Notes: generated from the sequence alone by a model not told the origin. DNA of 54,436 nt from an uncultured Alphaproteobacteria bacterium (GCA_944392325.1 CALXWI010000001.1:1-54436), one strand, 5' to 3'. Positions 9,315 to 19,362 are shown, counted from the stretch's first letter. A program made the numbers and translations.

Positions 9315-9662
9315 TTAATTACGAAAGATTGCTTTCAATAAGTTTACGCCAAATACGGCAATCAAAAATGTAATCATAATCATACCGACGGCAGTCGCAT
9401 CAGTCAGGCTGTAGCCGTGATACCATCTGAAAAACAAAGCGTCTAGCCCTGATAATATTAGCATGGTCAGCCAGAAAGTGCCGCTATTGGCAAACAAAAT
9501 AGCACAAATAACGGCCGGAACGGTTATCCATAGCTCAGTTATATGTGCCGAAACACTATAATAAAAGCTCTTGATATAAGCTATATTATAGAGAAACCCT
9601 AAAAATATTATACATATTGCAATAATGGTAATGTATATATAATTTTTTTTACTGAAACCCAT
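9315..9662 (-). CDS. small integral membrane protein (about 4 TM), function unknown
   Basis: Only long ORF in an otherwise AT-rich gap. Strongly hydrophobic segments throughout and its own terminator. No recognisable motif. Confidence 0.55.
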   Translation of the reverse strand: MGFSKKNYIYITIIAICIIFLGFLYNIAYIKSFYYSVSAHITELWITVPAVICAILFANSGTFWLTMLILSGLDALFFRWYHGYSLTDATAVGMIMITFLIAVFGVNLLKAIFRN

Positions 9663-9820
9663 ATTTCCTCTCTTAAGTCATACATCTTCATACACACACG
9701 GTTTAAGCTACCAAGATATACAATTTTTGCAAGGAGATTTATTATTTTGTTGACAATAATTAAGTGCTTTTTAAGGGAATTAGCTTATATTAGGTTAAAG
9801 TGCTAAAAGGAGTTGATGAG

Positions 9821-10462
9821 ATGACATTTGTTTGCCCCGGAAGAGATTGTGATTTATGTCCGCGACTGGTGGAGTTTAGGAAAGCTAACCGCTTGAAATT
9901 TCCTACTTATTTTAATGGTCCGGTGCCGCCGTTCGGGAGTATCGATGCTGAGATTTTGATTGTGGGGTTGGCCCCCGGGTTAAATGGAGCGAATCAGACG
10001 GCACGGCCGTTTACCAATGATTATGCCGGTGATGTCCTCTACCCTATTTTGAAGAAATACGGATTTGCTAAAGGTGAATACCAAAAGCGCAAAGATGATG
10101 GTTTTGAATTAATCAATGTGCGGATTACCAATTCGGTACGCTGCGTGCCTCCGGAGAATAAGCCTACTGGTCAAGAAGTTAAAACTTGTGGTGATTTTTT
10201 GATTGATGAAATTGCCGATATGAAAAATCTTAAGCTGATTTTGACTTTAGGTAGTATTGCCCACGGGGCAGTTTTGAGCGTATTAGGATATAAAAAAGCT
10301 GCTTTCAAATTTAAGCACGGAGCTGTTCACCGTTTGGATAAGCATAATTTGCTGATGCTTAATTCATACCACACTTCACGCTACAATATTAATACAGGCG
10401 TGCTGACTTTTGAGATGTTTGAGGCGATTGTTCAGCAGATGAAAAATCTGCTCAATGCCTAG
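9821..10462 (+). CDS. uracil-DNA glycosylase superfamily protein, family 5 (UdgB)-like
   Basis: GLAPGLNGANQTARPFTNDYAG (GLAP...G.N.T.R.FT.D motif), C-terminal SYHTSRYNINTG, and N-terminal Cys cluster CPGRDCDLCPRL. AAAAGGAG lies 8 nt upstream of the ATG at 9821. Confidence 0.75.
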   Translation: MTFVCPGRDCDLCPRLVEFRKANRLKFPTYFNGPVPPFGSIDAEILIVGLAPGLNGANQTARPFTNDYAGDVLYPILKKYGFAKGEYQKRKDDGFELINVRITNSVRCVPPENKPTGQEVKTCGDFLIDEIADMKNLKLILTLGSIAHGAVLSVLGYKKAAFKFKHGAVHRLDKHNLLMLNSYHTSRYNINTGVLTFEMFEAIVQQMKNLLNA

Positions 10463-11034
10463 TTGCCAACTCCAGAGAAACCCATAAAGGCCATAGATAA
10501 TAATCCGGCGGTAATCAAAGCTATCGGAGTGCCTTGTACGGCTTTGGGTAAGCGTGATTTGGATAAGCGTTCTCTCATGCCGGCGAATAATACTATCGCC
10601 AGAGTAAAGCCCATGGCATTAGCTAAAGCATAGCATATAGACTGCATTAAGCTTAAATCTTTTTGAATAGCCAACAAGGCAATGCCTAATACGGCGCAGT
10701 TGGTGGTAATTAGCGGCAGAAAAATCCCCAGAGCCTGATATAGTGCTGGAGAAATCTTTTTTAAGATGATTTCAACCATTTGTACCAGAGCGGCTATGAC
10801 CAAGATAAAGACTACCGTCATCATAAACTCAAGTTTAAATGGGACTAAAAGGTTATGATAAATCAAAAAGGTAACGACTGATGACAGAGTCATAACGAAC
10901 ATTACGGCGAAGCCCATCCCTAATGAAGTAGAGATTTTTTTGGATACGCCGAGAAAGGGGCAAATTCCCAAAAATTGAGAGAGAACAATATTATTGACAA
11001 AAATAGCCACAATAAAAATCATAATATAGCTCAT
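10459..11034 (-). CDS. rnfA: Rnf electron transport complex subunit A
   Basis: 191-aa polytopic protein. NNIVLSQFLGICPFLGVS and TTNCAVLG motifs typical of RnfA/NqrE. Last gene of the rnf string. Confidence 0.9.
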   Translation of the reverse strand: MSYIMIFIVAIFVNNIVLSQFLGICPFLGVSKKISTSLGMGFAVMFVMTLSSVVTFLIYHNLLVPFKLEFMMTVVFILVIAALVQMVEIILKKISPALYQALGIFLPLITTNCAVLGIALLAIQKDLSLMQSICYALANAMGFTLAIVLFAGMRERLSKSRLPKAVQGTPIALITAGLLSMAFMGFSGVGN

Positions 11035-11631
11035 TTATTTGCCCTCCTTTAAGCGATTGGATACAATAATCATACATGCCAGAGCCAGAAAAGCTCCCGG
11101 CGGCATAATAAACAAGAGTATCGGAGTGGCATCTTCACTCAAAAAGCTCCAGCCGAACAGTGAGCCGGCGCCTAATATCTCACGGATGGCGCCAAGCAGA
11201 GTTAGTCCCAAGGTAAACCCTACTCCCATGCCGATGGCATCCAAAATTGACTGGAATATGGTGTTTTTGGAGGCAAAAGATTCAGCACGCCCTAAGATGA
11301 TACAATTCACCACAATAAGAGGAATATATATACCCAGAGCAGAGTGTAATTGCGGAGTATAAGCCGCCATCAGCATATCAATAACCGTTACGAATGAGGC
11401 TATAATAACAATAAAACACGGGATGCGAACGCCGTTTGGAATCAGAGATTTAACGGCTGATATGGCTGTGTTAGAGAGGATTAGTACAAATAGAGTGGCT
11501 AACCCCATGCCTAATCCGTTTAAGGCTGAGGTTGATACTCCCAAAGTGGGGCACATACCCAGCATCATTACCAGAATAGGATTTTCACGAAAGATACCTC
11601 GGGTAAGGTTTTGGCGGCTGAGGTTATTCAT
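11035..11631 (-). CDS. rnfE: Rnf electron transport complex subunit E
   Basis: 198 aa. NPILVMMLGMCPTLGVSTS and IPLIVVNCIILGRAE motifs typical of RnfE/NqrD. Confidence 0.9.
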   Translation of the reverse strand: MNNLSRQNLTRGIFRENPILVMMLGMCPTLGVSTSALNGLGMGLATLFVLILSNTAISAVKSLIPNGVRIPCFIVIIASFVTVIDMLMAAYTPQLHSALGIYIPLIVVNCIILGRAESFASKNTIFQSILDAIGMGVGFTLGLTLLGAIREILGAGSLFGWSFLSEDATPILLFIMPPGAFLALACMIIVSNRLKEGK

Positions 11632-12232
11632 GTTTTTCTCCTGATTTTAAATTGTGGTAAGAATCATAGGCTTTTTTGATGGCATCAAGTACGGCACGAG
11701 AGCTGATGGTCGCTGCAGTAACGGCATCAATTTCACCACCGTCTTGTTTAACCTTAAACATCGGTGATGATGGCTTTAAGCCTAGCAATTGTTCTGCAAA
11801 GCGCGGTTCGGATACCTTGGAACCAAGCCCAGGGGTTTCTTGCGATTTGGTTATTTTATACCCCAGAATGCGGCCGTTGATGTCAAAGCCGACAATCAGC
11901 TCTAGGTTACCGCCAAAGGCTTTGTTGGAGTTGCCTTTGATGGCAAAGGCTTTGATTCTTCCGTCGCGGCGGGCCGGATAAAACTCTAACTTGGACTTTT
12001 TATCAGCTGATGGAATTAAAATTTTGTCTTGGTAAGGGTTGTTGTCAAAGTCTGTTCCGATAATGGCGCTAATGGCTTGTTGCTCTTGTGCGGCTTGGGC
12101 TAGGCGTATGGGCTCAGCGGTCAGCTCATAAGTGTAGCCAAGTATTAATGCCGCCAAAGATGATACGCCAACTAAGCTGGCTATCATGGCAAATAAATTG
12201 CTGGTTGATGATGATTTTGCGGTTTTAGCCAT
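11624..12232 (-). CDS. rnfG: Rnf electron transport complex subunit G (FMN-binding)
   Basis: 202 aa. N-terminal anchor helix. FMN-attachment-type motif DAVTAATISSRAV. Confidence 0.85.
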   Translation of the reverse strand: MAKTAKSSSTSNLFAMIASLVGVSSLAALILGYTYELTAEPIRLAQAAQEQQAISAIIGTDFDNNPYQDKILIPSADKKSKLEFYPARRDGRIKAFAIKGNSNKAFGGNLELIVGFDINGRILGYKITKSQETPGLGSKVSEPRFAEQLLGLKPSSPMFKVKQDGGEIDAVTAATISSRAVLDAIKKAYDSYHNLKSGEKHE

Positions 12233-12235
12233 GAG

Positions 12236-13207
12236 TTATGCCCTCCTCTGACGGCCAAACAGCCGCGGAATATATATGTTATCTAACAGTGGGACAAAGG
12301 CGTTCATTATTAATATGGCAAAAGATACTCCCTCAGGATAAACACTAAATACTCTGATTACATAAGTCAGGACACCGCAGCCGATGGCAAAGGCAATTTT
12401 GCCGGAGCGGCTCATCGGCGTGGTGGTATAATCGGTAGCCATAAAGACAGCGCCGAGGATTAAACCTCCGGATAACAAGTGAGTCAGCGGGTCATATTTG
12501 ATATCACCGGTGATTAACCAATGAATGGAAATCAGCATAAAAAAGCTGGCAATGTAATAAAAAGGAATATACCAATTGATGATGCGCTTATATAACAGGT
12601 AGAACATACCAAGCAGGAGTGCGGCGGCAGAGGTTTCTCCTATACAACCACCAATGTTGCCGACAAACATTTGCCAATAATCAGGCAATTGCGAGGTATC
12701 AACAATATCAGAGTGTTTCAGAATTCCCAATGTGGTGGCAGAGGTTTCAGCGTCCAGATTCATAAACTCAAAAGGTTTGGGTATTGGCCAAGTGGTCATT
12801 TGAACCGGGAAAGAAATGAACAAAAAGACACGGCCGACTAATGCCGGATTAAACATATTTTTGCCAATACCTCCAAAGACCATTTTGGTAACAATAATCG
12901 CCATAAAGCTGCCAATCAGAACCATCCACAGGGGAATGTCTGAAGGCAAGTTGTAGGCAAGTAAAAGTCCGGTAACAATGGCTGACAAGTCCCAAGTGGA
13001 CGGAGATTGTTTGATGACATAGCGGCAAAACAAGTATTCAAACCCGACGCAGGCGGCAACCGAGGTTAAAACCACCAGTAAGGCATTAAGCCCGAATACG
13101 GCCAGACCAACAAATAATGCCGGAAGCAGAGCAATAATGACATGGAGCATTATACTACGGGTAGATAAAGGTGTATTTAGATGCGGAGCAGTTGATATTT
13201 TAAGCAT
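12236..13207 (-). CDS. rnfD: Rnf electron transport complex subunit D
   Basis: 323 aa, polytopic. SAPHL-like N-terminus (STAPHLNT). MATDYTTTP motif typical of RnfD/NqrB. Confidence 0.9.
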   Translation of the reverse strand: MLKISTAPHLNTPLSTRSIMLHVIIALLPALFVGLAVFGLNALLVVLTSVAACVGFEYLFCRYVIKQSPSTWDLSAIVTGLLLAYNLPSDIPLWMVLIGSFMAIIVTKMVFGGIGKNMFNPALVGRVFLFISFPVQMTTWPIPKPFEFMNLDAETSATTLGILKHSDIVDTSQLPDYWQMFVGNIGGCIGETSAAALLLGMFYLLYKRIINWYIPFYYIASFFMLISIHWLITGDIKYDPLTHLLSGGLILGAVFMATDYTTTPMSRSGKIAFAIGCGVLTYVIRVFSVYPEGVSFAILIMNAFVPLLDNIYIPRLFGRQRRA

Positions 13208-13219
13208 TATACATAAACC

Positions 13220-14542
13220 TTATGATTGTTTTTTGACTTCAAGTTTGCCTAGTTTACAATAATCAAGCAACGGAATGCGCGCCGGACAGACAAAAGCGCA
13301 AGAGCCGCATTCAATGCAGGTCAAAGTATGCAGCCTTTTGAGCTCGGCAAAGTCGTTGTTTTTGATGGCTGAGGCTATGGCAAACGGGCGCAGTCCCATA
13401 GGGCAAGCATCAACACATTGAGCACAGCGAATGCAGGCAGTCTCCGGTGGTTTAACGGCGTCTTTATCATTCAGGAGCAAAATTCCGGAGGTGAGTTTGG
13501 TTAAAGGAGCGTCCATATTAACGGCAGAAACACCCATCATACCGCCGCCGAAAATGATTTTGCCGATATGCTTCGGGTGTGAAGTGCTCTTGGCAATAAT
13601 AAATGAGGCAGGCGTACCAATCCTAACGCGGTAGTTACCAAGATTTTCGGCGGCATCGTCACCTGAAATAGTGACAATACGCTCATAAAGGGGTTTGTTC
13701 TTTTGGACGGCCTCATAAACGGCGAATACCGTGCCAACATTTTGGACAATGCAACCGACATCAACCGGAAGTTTGGCCGGAGAAACCTCTCTTCCCGTTA
13801 TGGCGGCGATGAGTTGTTTTTCAGCGCCTTGCGGATATTTGCTTTGGCAAACCTCTACATTGACACCAACGTATTTTTTGCTCAAATCAGAAAGAATACG
13901 GATAGCCTCGGGTTTGTTCTCATCAATAGCAATAATGGCGTTTTGGATGCCCAGAGCTTTATTAATGATTTTGGCCCCGATGATGATTTCTTCAGCTTTT
14001 TCAACCATAAGGCGGTCATCTGCAGTAAGGTAGGCCTCACACTCAATGCCGTTGACAATTAAGGTATCAACCTTTTTACCTTCGGGGATTGTGGTTTTAA
14101 TTGGGGTTGGGTACCCTGCTCCGCCCATTCCGACGATACCGGCTCGGCGTATTTTATCAACAATTTCGGCAGGACTGTAAGGGATATCACGGATGATATC
14201 GGGTGACAAATCAATATCTGGTTCAAATTCATCGCCTTCGACTTTAATTACAATCATTGTTTCAGGGTAAGCATCTGCATCGATGATATCATCAATTTTA
14301 ACAACCTCTCCAGAGACAGAAGAATGGATATCGGCCGAGACTACACCGTCGGCATCAGCCAAAAGAGTTCCAACTTTGACTTTATCTCCTTTTTGTACCA
14401 AGATTTTAGAAGGTGCACCGATGTGTTGTTTTATCGGAATATAAACCATATCAGGTAGGCCAGCATCAACTATCGGATAAGATGATGTCAATTTATGTTT
14501 ATCAAGATGGATACCGCCTAAGGGAAAAGTTTTTTTACGCAT
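13220..14542 (-). CDS. rnfC: Rnf electron transport complex subunit C (short form)
   Basis: 440 aa. GIVGMGGAGYPT nucleotide/FMN-site motif. Two 4Fe-4S motifs, CIRCAQCVDACP and CIECGSCAFVCP. Confidence 0.9.
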   Translation of the reverse strand: MRKKTFPLGGIHLDKHKLTSSYPIVDAGLPDMVYIPIKQHIGAPSKILVQKGDKVKVGTLLADADGVVSADIHSSVSGEVVKIDDIIDADAYPETMIVIKVEGDEFEPDIDLSPDIIRDIPYSPAEIVDKIRRAGIVGMGGAGYPTPIKTTIPEGKKVDTLIVNGIECEAYLTADDRLMVEKAEEIIIGAKIINKALGIQNAIIAIDENKPEAIRILSDLSKKYVGVNVEVCQSKYPQGAEKQLIAAITGREVSPAKLPVDVGCIVQNVGTVFAVYEAVQKNKPLYERIVTISGDDAAENLGNYRVRIGTPASFIIAKSTSHPKHIGKIIFGGGMMGVSAVNMDAPLTKLTSGILLLNDKDAVKPPETACIRCAQCVDACPMGLRPFAIASAIKNNDFAELKRLHTLTCIECGSCAFVCPARIPLLDYCKLGKLEVKKQS

Positions 14543-14545
14543 GGT

Positions 14546-15373
14546 TTATTGCTCCTTTTTGCCGGTATAGACAATGGCGCTAGTTGGGCAAGTATCTGCT
14601 AGCTCTTGTCCGAATTTTTCGGCATCAACATCAGTCGGGATATAAGACAAATTGTTTTGCACCTTAATTGAGGGGACTATTTTGGTACATTTCATACAGC
14701 CAATACAGGCGACTTTACAATTTTGCCTAGCTACAGCGCCTTTTTGTTGGTTGCGGCAGGCAACATAAACGCGTTTGCCGTCTTTGCCTTTGGGACGAAT
14801 TTCAAAAAGTTTTTTGGGGCAGATAGCTACGCAAGCGCCGCAAGATACACATTTATTCTCATCGACTACCGGTAGGCCTGTGTCTGGACTAATGTGTAAG
14901 GCGCCGAATTTGCAAGCCCTTACGCAATCCCCCATACGGATGCAGCCGTAGGGGCATTCACTTTGAGAGGTGGAAATGCGAGCAACCAAACGGCAGCTTT
15001 TGAGCCCGGTAAATTCAAACTTAGAAGGAGCATTTTCGCAACTGCCTTGGCAGCGCAGAACTGCTACCGTTGGGTCACGTTCAGGGGTCTTATAGCCTAA
15101 AAGTGTCGCTATTTGTTGCATAACGGAGTTGCCGCCGACAGAGCAATACAGCCCCTTAAACGTTTCAATATCGGCAGAGGCGCAAGCGCGGGCAAAATCT
15201 TGGCATCCGGCTTTGCCGCAAGCCCCGCAATTGACGCCGGGAAGCAGTTTTTCAACCGCTTGGACTCTGGGGTTGCTCTCAACAGCAAATTTTTGTGCTA
15301 CAAAGTGCAAAATAATGGCGGCAACCAGCCCTATTCCGCCCAAGACCAAGATTCCTGTCAATAATACACTCAT
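14546..15373 (-). CDS. rnfB: Rnf electron transport complex subunit B (long form with extra ferredoxin domains)
   Basis: 275 aa. N-terminal anchor, LPGVNCGACGKAGC motif, and several CxxCxxCxxxCP clusters. GGGGG lies 5 nt before the ATG. Confidence 0.88.
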   Translation of the reverse strand: MSVLLTGILVLGGIGLVAAIILHFVAQKFAVESNPRVQAVEKLLPGVNCGACGKAGCQDFARACASADIETFKGLYCSVGGNSVMQQIATLLGYKTPERDPTVAVLRCQGSCENAPSKFEFTGLKSCRLVARISTSQSECPYGCIRMGDCVRACKFGALHISPDTGLPVVDENKCVSCGACVAICPKKLFEIRPKGKDGKRVYVACRNQQKGAVARQNCKVACIGCMKCTKIVPSIKVQNNLSYIPTDVDAEKFGQELADTCPTSAIVYTGKKEQ

Positions 15374-15432
15374 TTTTACCCCCGAATGTTATTCTGATAC
15401 TAAACTTACACGATATAATGGTGTTTGAAAAA

Positions 15433-15870
15433 TCATTTTTCAGGATTACACCCAGAATTTATTTTCTGAAGGGTAAACTGAAGTTGTGGTGGGCGATGCC
15501 GGTTTAAAAGGTAGACTATTATATAATACGGTATCAGTGAGAGTAAACTGATAAAGGCGGTTATATTGTCGGAATAGTTGAGAAGATGAAAAATAACCGC
15601 GGTGCCTATCATTACCAATAAAGGTAAAATATAGCCGACAATAATACTCGTCCAACAAGTTTTGGTTGACAAAGAAATTTGTACTTGTTCACCAATTTTA
15701 AAATCATGCCGGGGAGGCAAAGGAACGTTGTTGATTTGCTTTTGTTGTTTGAATAACATACAGTGATGTTGCAAATCGCAACTACGGCAAGCCTCGGTGC
15801 GAGATATGCTGACCAAAGCTTGGTTATGTTGGATAGCAATAATAGTGCCTACATGAGATACGGAACTCAT
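15433..15870 (-). CDS. RseC/MucC-family (SoxR-reducing system) small membrane protein
   Basis: 145 aa. The N-terminal beta-rich part has CRSC...HHC, followed by two C-terminal TM helices. It sits directly upstream of rnfB, and its ATG overlaps the apbE stop. Confidence 0.65.
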   Translation of the reverse strand: MSSVSHVGTIIAIQHNQALVSISRTEACRSCDLQHHCMLFKQQKQINNVPLPPRHDFKIGEQVQISLSTKTCWTSIIVGYILPLLVMIGTAVIFHLLNYSDNITAFISLLSLIPYYIIVYLLNRHRPPQLQFTLQKINSGCNPEK

Positions 15871-16904
15871 TGAGATATTTTTTCCAGATAAGGTTCGGCT
15901 TCCGGAGTAATGATAGTTTTTAGGCCGCCATCATCAGTGCGAACAAACATAATAATCGGCAGATTATATTGCTTGGCAAATTTTAGTCCTTCATCTTCAC
16001 CTAAAGACATGATTGCGGTGGCATATGCATCAGCATTCATACATTTTTTAGCAAATACAGTAACTGAACCAATGTTGTTAGTAACTGGCCGACCTGTTTT
16101 GGGCGAAATTGTATGAGAATAACGCTGATTATCAATATAAAAATAGTTGCGATAATCACCAGAGGTGGCTACTGATGAATTTTGCAGCGTGATGATATAA
16201 GCGGCTTTTTGCATATCTTGATTATCACCAACAGGCTCAACCATTCCGATAAACCATCCGTTAGCATCGGCAGAACGGCGTCCGTGAGCCCTCACCTCTC
16301 CGCCAATTTCGACCACAAAATCAGTTAGCCCTTTTTGCAAAAGCCATTCTGATATACGGTCAACACCATAGCCTTTGGCAATGGCTGATAAGTTAATATA
16401 TACAGTATCATTAAGTTTTTTTACTTTGAGGTAATCTTGAGAGAATTCTAATTTATCAAAGCCGGTGGTTTTGAGGGTCTCGGCGATGAGTTTATCATCA
16501 GGTTTTTGCCGAACTTTATTAACTCCGAAACCCCAAAGGTCAACCAAAGGTCCGACACTGGGATCAAAATGACCTTGGCTGCGTTTATATACTTTATCGG
16601 CGCTTTTGAGAACATATGATAGTTCAGGAGATAGAGTTATCCATTCACCTGCCTTGGCTTGATTGAGACGACTGATTTCCGAATCGTCTTCAAACACAGA
16701 CATCTGAGAGTTAATAGCGGCGAGCTCCTTTTTGATGGCTTGGTCAATAATGGTTTTATCTTTGCTGGTGAGAATCTTAATATTATAATAAGTACCCATT
16801 GTTTCTCCGCGGAGCTTGATATAAGGCTCGGAGGCGTATTGGCCGGCGACGTAAAAAACGCAAGCAATTAAAGCCAAGATAAATGTGTATTTTATAAATT
16901 TCAT
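15867..16904 (-). CDS. apbE: FAD:protein FMN transferase (ApbE family lipoprotein)
   Basis: 345 aa. Lipobox-like LIAC. MGT..Y start of the mature domain, AIAKGYGVD, and SGDY motifs characteristic of ApbE. Confidence 0.85.
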   Translation of the reverse strand: MKFIKYTFILALIACVFYVAGQYASEPYIKLRGETMGTYYNIKILTSKDKTIIDQAIKKELAAINSQMSVFEDDSEISRLNQAKAGEWITLSPELSYVLKSADKVYKRSQGHFDPSVGPLVDLWGFGVNKVRQKPDDKLIAETLKTTGFDKLEFSQDYLKVKKLNDTVYINLSAIAKGYGVDRISEWLLQKGLTDFVVEIGGEVRAHGRRSADANGWFIGMVEPVGDNQDMQKAAYIITLQNSSVATSGDYRNYFYIDNQRYSHTISPKTGRPVTNNIGSVTVFAKKCMNADAYATAIMSLGEDEGLKFAKQYNLPIIMFVRTDDGGLKTIITPEAEPYLEKISQ

Positions 16905-16933
16905 TTCGGTATAACCTATTTCCTATTAATAAC

Positions 16934-16963
16934 TTGACAACAAACTTTTACTTTTCGCAGAAT
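16934..16963 (+). promoter_or_regulatory. candidate promoter for the phosphatidyltransferase-dsbD pair
   Basis: TTGACA (16934-16939), 18-nt spacer, CAGAAT (16958-16963). By eye only; the -10 is weak. Confidence 0.25.
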
Positions 16964-17017
16964 GGTGTTATAACTCTATGCAGAGTTGGAGCTTAATTGT
17001 AATGAAAGGTCGTTGCT

Positions 17018-17728
17018 ATGCCTGAAAAAATCAAACATATAAAAGATAATTTAAACAATAAACTCGAAAAATATAAAATCAAGCAGGGTTTGGGATATAT
17101 AAACAACTCAACGCAAGATTTATGTGCAAAGATGAAAATCTCGGTCGAGTGGACAGCTAAAAATCTGTACAAAGCCGGGGTTTCGGCCAACGTGGCATCT
17201 TTAATTGGATTTGCTATTGGGTTGTTAGCAATCAATTTTTTAGCGCTGAATTTGTATTTTTATGCTTTGTTATGCGTATTGCTCAACCGCTTGTTCGACT
17301 CCGTAGACGGAGCTATTGCTCGTAAGTCAAAAGTAACGGAGTTTGGTGTGTTTTTAGATGCTACTCTAGATTATGTGTTCTACACCGGTGTGATATTCGG
17401 TTTTGCATTGGCTAATCCTCAGCAAAATGCCGTGGCCGCCGCATTCTTATTGTTTGCTTTTGCGGCGTCGGCTTGCGCAATGTTGGCTTATGCCATGATT
17501 GCTTATAAAAACAAAGCTTTTGCCAGAATATCTTTGGACAAGTCGCCGTTCTATTTGGGCGGATTTGCGCAAGGGTTTGAAACATTTTTGGCTTTAGTGA
17601 TTATGTGCTTGATACCTTCGTGGTTCATGCAGATTGCTTTAATACTGGGTGTGTTGTGCTTAGTTAAAGCGCTGAGCATTATGGTTACCGCTTATTATAA
17701 CTTTGTAATTATGGCAGACAAAAAGTAA
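17018..17728 (+). CDS. CDP-alcohol phosphatidyltransferase family protein
   Basis: DSVDGAIARKSKVTEFGVFLDATLD fits D-x2-DG-x2-AR...G-x3-D-x3-D. Polytopic membrane protein. Confidence 0.75.
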   Translation: MPEKIKHIKDNLNNKLEKYKIKQGLGYINNSTQDLCAKMKISVEWTAKNLYKAGVSANVASLIGFAIGLLAINFLALNLYFYALLCVLLNRLFDSVDGAIARKSKVTEFGVFLDATLDYVFYTGVIFGFALANPQQNAVAAAFLLFAFAASACAMLAYAMIAYKNKAFARISLDKSPFYLGGFAQGFETFLALVIMCLIPSWFMQIALILGVLCLVKALSIMVTAYYNFVIMADKK

Positions 17729-19362
17729 TGATGAAAAAGCTGTTTAAGTATCTGAGTATCGGGCTGCTTTGGTTTTGCACTTTGGCTGACGAGGCAAAGG
17801 CGCTTGATTATGTGCAGGCAAAAACCTCACAGGTTGTGTTGCAGGGGTATACCAGCACTGCCGAAGTGAATGCTAATCAAGATATTCAGGTACTTATCAG
17901 CTTTGATATTAAAGACCATTGGCACATATTGTCCCCAGAGCCAGGGGATATCGGACTGCCGACCAAAGTTGAATGGAGTTTGCCCAGCGGGTATGCCCTG
18001 ATTAATGAGCAATGGAGTTTGCCTCAGGTATTTGGTGAAGGGGTGTTTGCCGTTTATGGTTATGGCGAAAAGGCATTCTATTTGGCGACCATTCGTCCGT
18101 CTACGGAAGTTTGGCGAAAGGCTGAACTGACAGCCAAAGTATCATGGCAAGCGTGTGCCGAGGAATGTGTACCGCAGGAGGCCGTGTTGGGCTTCAAGCT
18201 GCCGATTGTGGAACATAATGTGCTGCCGAATGCCCAATGGAGAAAAATAGCCGCTGAGGCGCATGAGACTTTTGTCAGCTCTAAAAAAACGGCAGTCGAC
18301 AAAGACGATGATAATACGCCACTATGGTTGGTGATGCTGATGGCCTTTGTCGGAGGGTTAATCCTCAACTTGATGCCGTGCGTGTTCCCGATTTTATCAC
18401 TTAAGGCTCTGGCGCTGATTAAGCAGGTGCAAGATGTTAAGCTGGCAAGGCGTGAGGCTTGGCTGTTTTTTGGCGGGGTGATGGTATCGTTTATGGTGAT
18501 GGTATCTTTTTTGGCTTGGTTTAGGCTCAGCGGAGAAAGCGTGGGTTGGGGGTTTCAGCTGCAATCACCGTGGTTTATATTTGTGCTATTGGTTATTTTT
18601 GTGATTATTGCGTTGATGTTTTTAGACATTATCAACGTCAATGTGCCTCTGATTAATAGACTGGCGAAAGTATCAGCCAACTCGCAGAAGTTAAGCTCAT
18701 TTTTTACCGGAGTATTCTCGGTGGTGATAGCAAGCCCGTGCACGGCTCCGTTTATGGGCGTGGCTATTGGCTATACGCTCACGCAGCCGGTGTATATGTA
18801 TTATCCGGTGTTTATGTCGCTTGCGGTCGGATATGCCCTGCCCTTTACGCTGATCGGGTTGTATCCGCAAGTCATCGGGCGAATAATGCCCAAACCGGGG
18901 AAATGGATGGCAACGCTTAAACATTTGTTTGCCATTCCGGTAATCTTGACTTGTTTTTGGTTGGCGTGGATTTGGTGCGTGCAGGTATTGGGGTCTAACA
19001 CCAAAACTGAGGATAATAATCAGCAATTAGCATGGAGAGAATATAATCAGGTTGAAGCAACAAGAATGGTTGATGCCGGACATAATGTGTTTATTGATTT
19101 TACGGCAAAGTGGTGCATTACTTGTTTGGCCAACGAGCAGCTGGCTTTGAATACACCAGAATTTGCCCAATTGGTCAAAGATAAAAACATTATTTTATAC
19201 AAAGCGGACTGGACCAATCGTAATGAACAAATAGCCAAGGCTTTGGCACAATATGGACGCAATAGTGTACCACTGTATGTGTATTATGATGGCAAATACC
19301 AAACTTTTCATATTTTACCGCAATTACTTACTCCTACAATTATTCAAGAAAACATTAAATAA
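17728..19362 (+). CDS. dsbD: thiol:disulfide interchange protein, DsbD family
   Basis: Signal peptide. N-terminal domain with CAEEC. Central DsbD/CcdA-type TM core (NLMPCVFP, ASPCTAP). C-terminal thioredoxin domain with WCITC. The ATG overlaps the upstream stop (TAATG). Confidence 0.8.
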   Translation: MMKKLFKYLSIGLLWFCTLADEAKALDYVQAKTSQVVLQGYTSTAEVNANQDIQVLISFDIKDHWHILSPEPGDIGLPTKVEWSLPSGYALINEQWSLPQVFGEGVFAVYGYGEKAFYLATIRPSTEVWRKAELTAKVSWQACAEECVPQEAVLGFKLPIVEHNVLPNAQWRKIAAEAHETFVSSKKTAVDKDDDNTPLWLVMLMAFVGGLILNLMPCVFPILSLKALALIKQVQDVKLARREAWLFFGGVMVSFMVMVSFLAWFRLSGESVGWGFQLQSPWFIFVLLVIFVIIALMFLDIINVNVPLINRLAKVSANSQKLSSFFTGVFSVVIASPCTAPFMGVAIGYTLTQPVYMYYPVFMSLAVGYALPFTLIGLYPQVIGRIMPKPGKWMATLKHLFAIPVILTCFWLAWIWCVQVLGSNTKTEDNNQQLAWREYNQVEATRMVDAGHNVFIDFTAKWCITCLANEQLALNTPEFAQLVKDKNIILYKADWTNRNEQIAKALAQYGRNSVPLYVYYDGKYQTFHILPQLLTPTIIQENIK

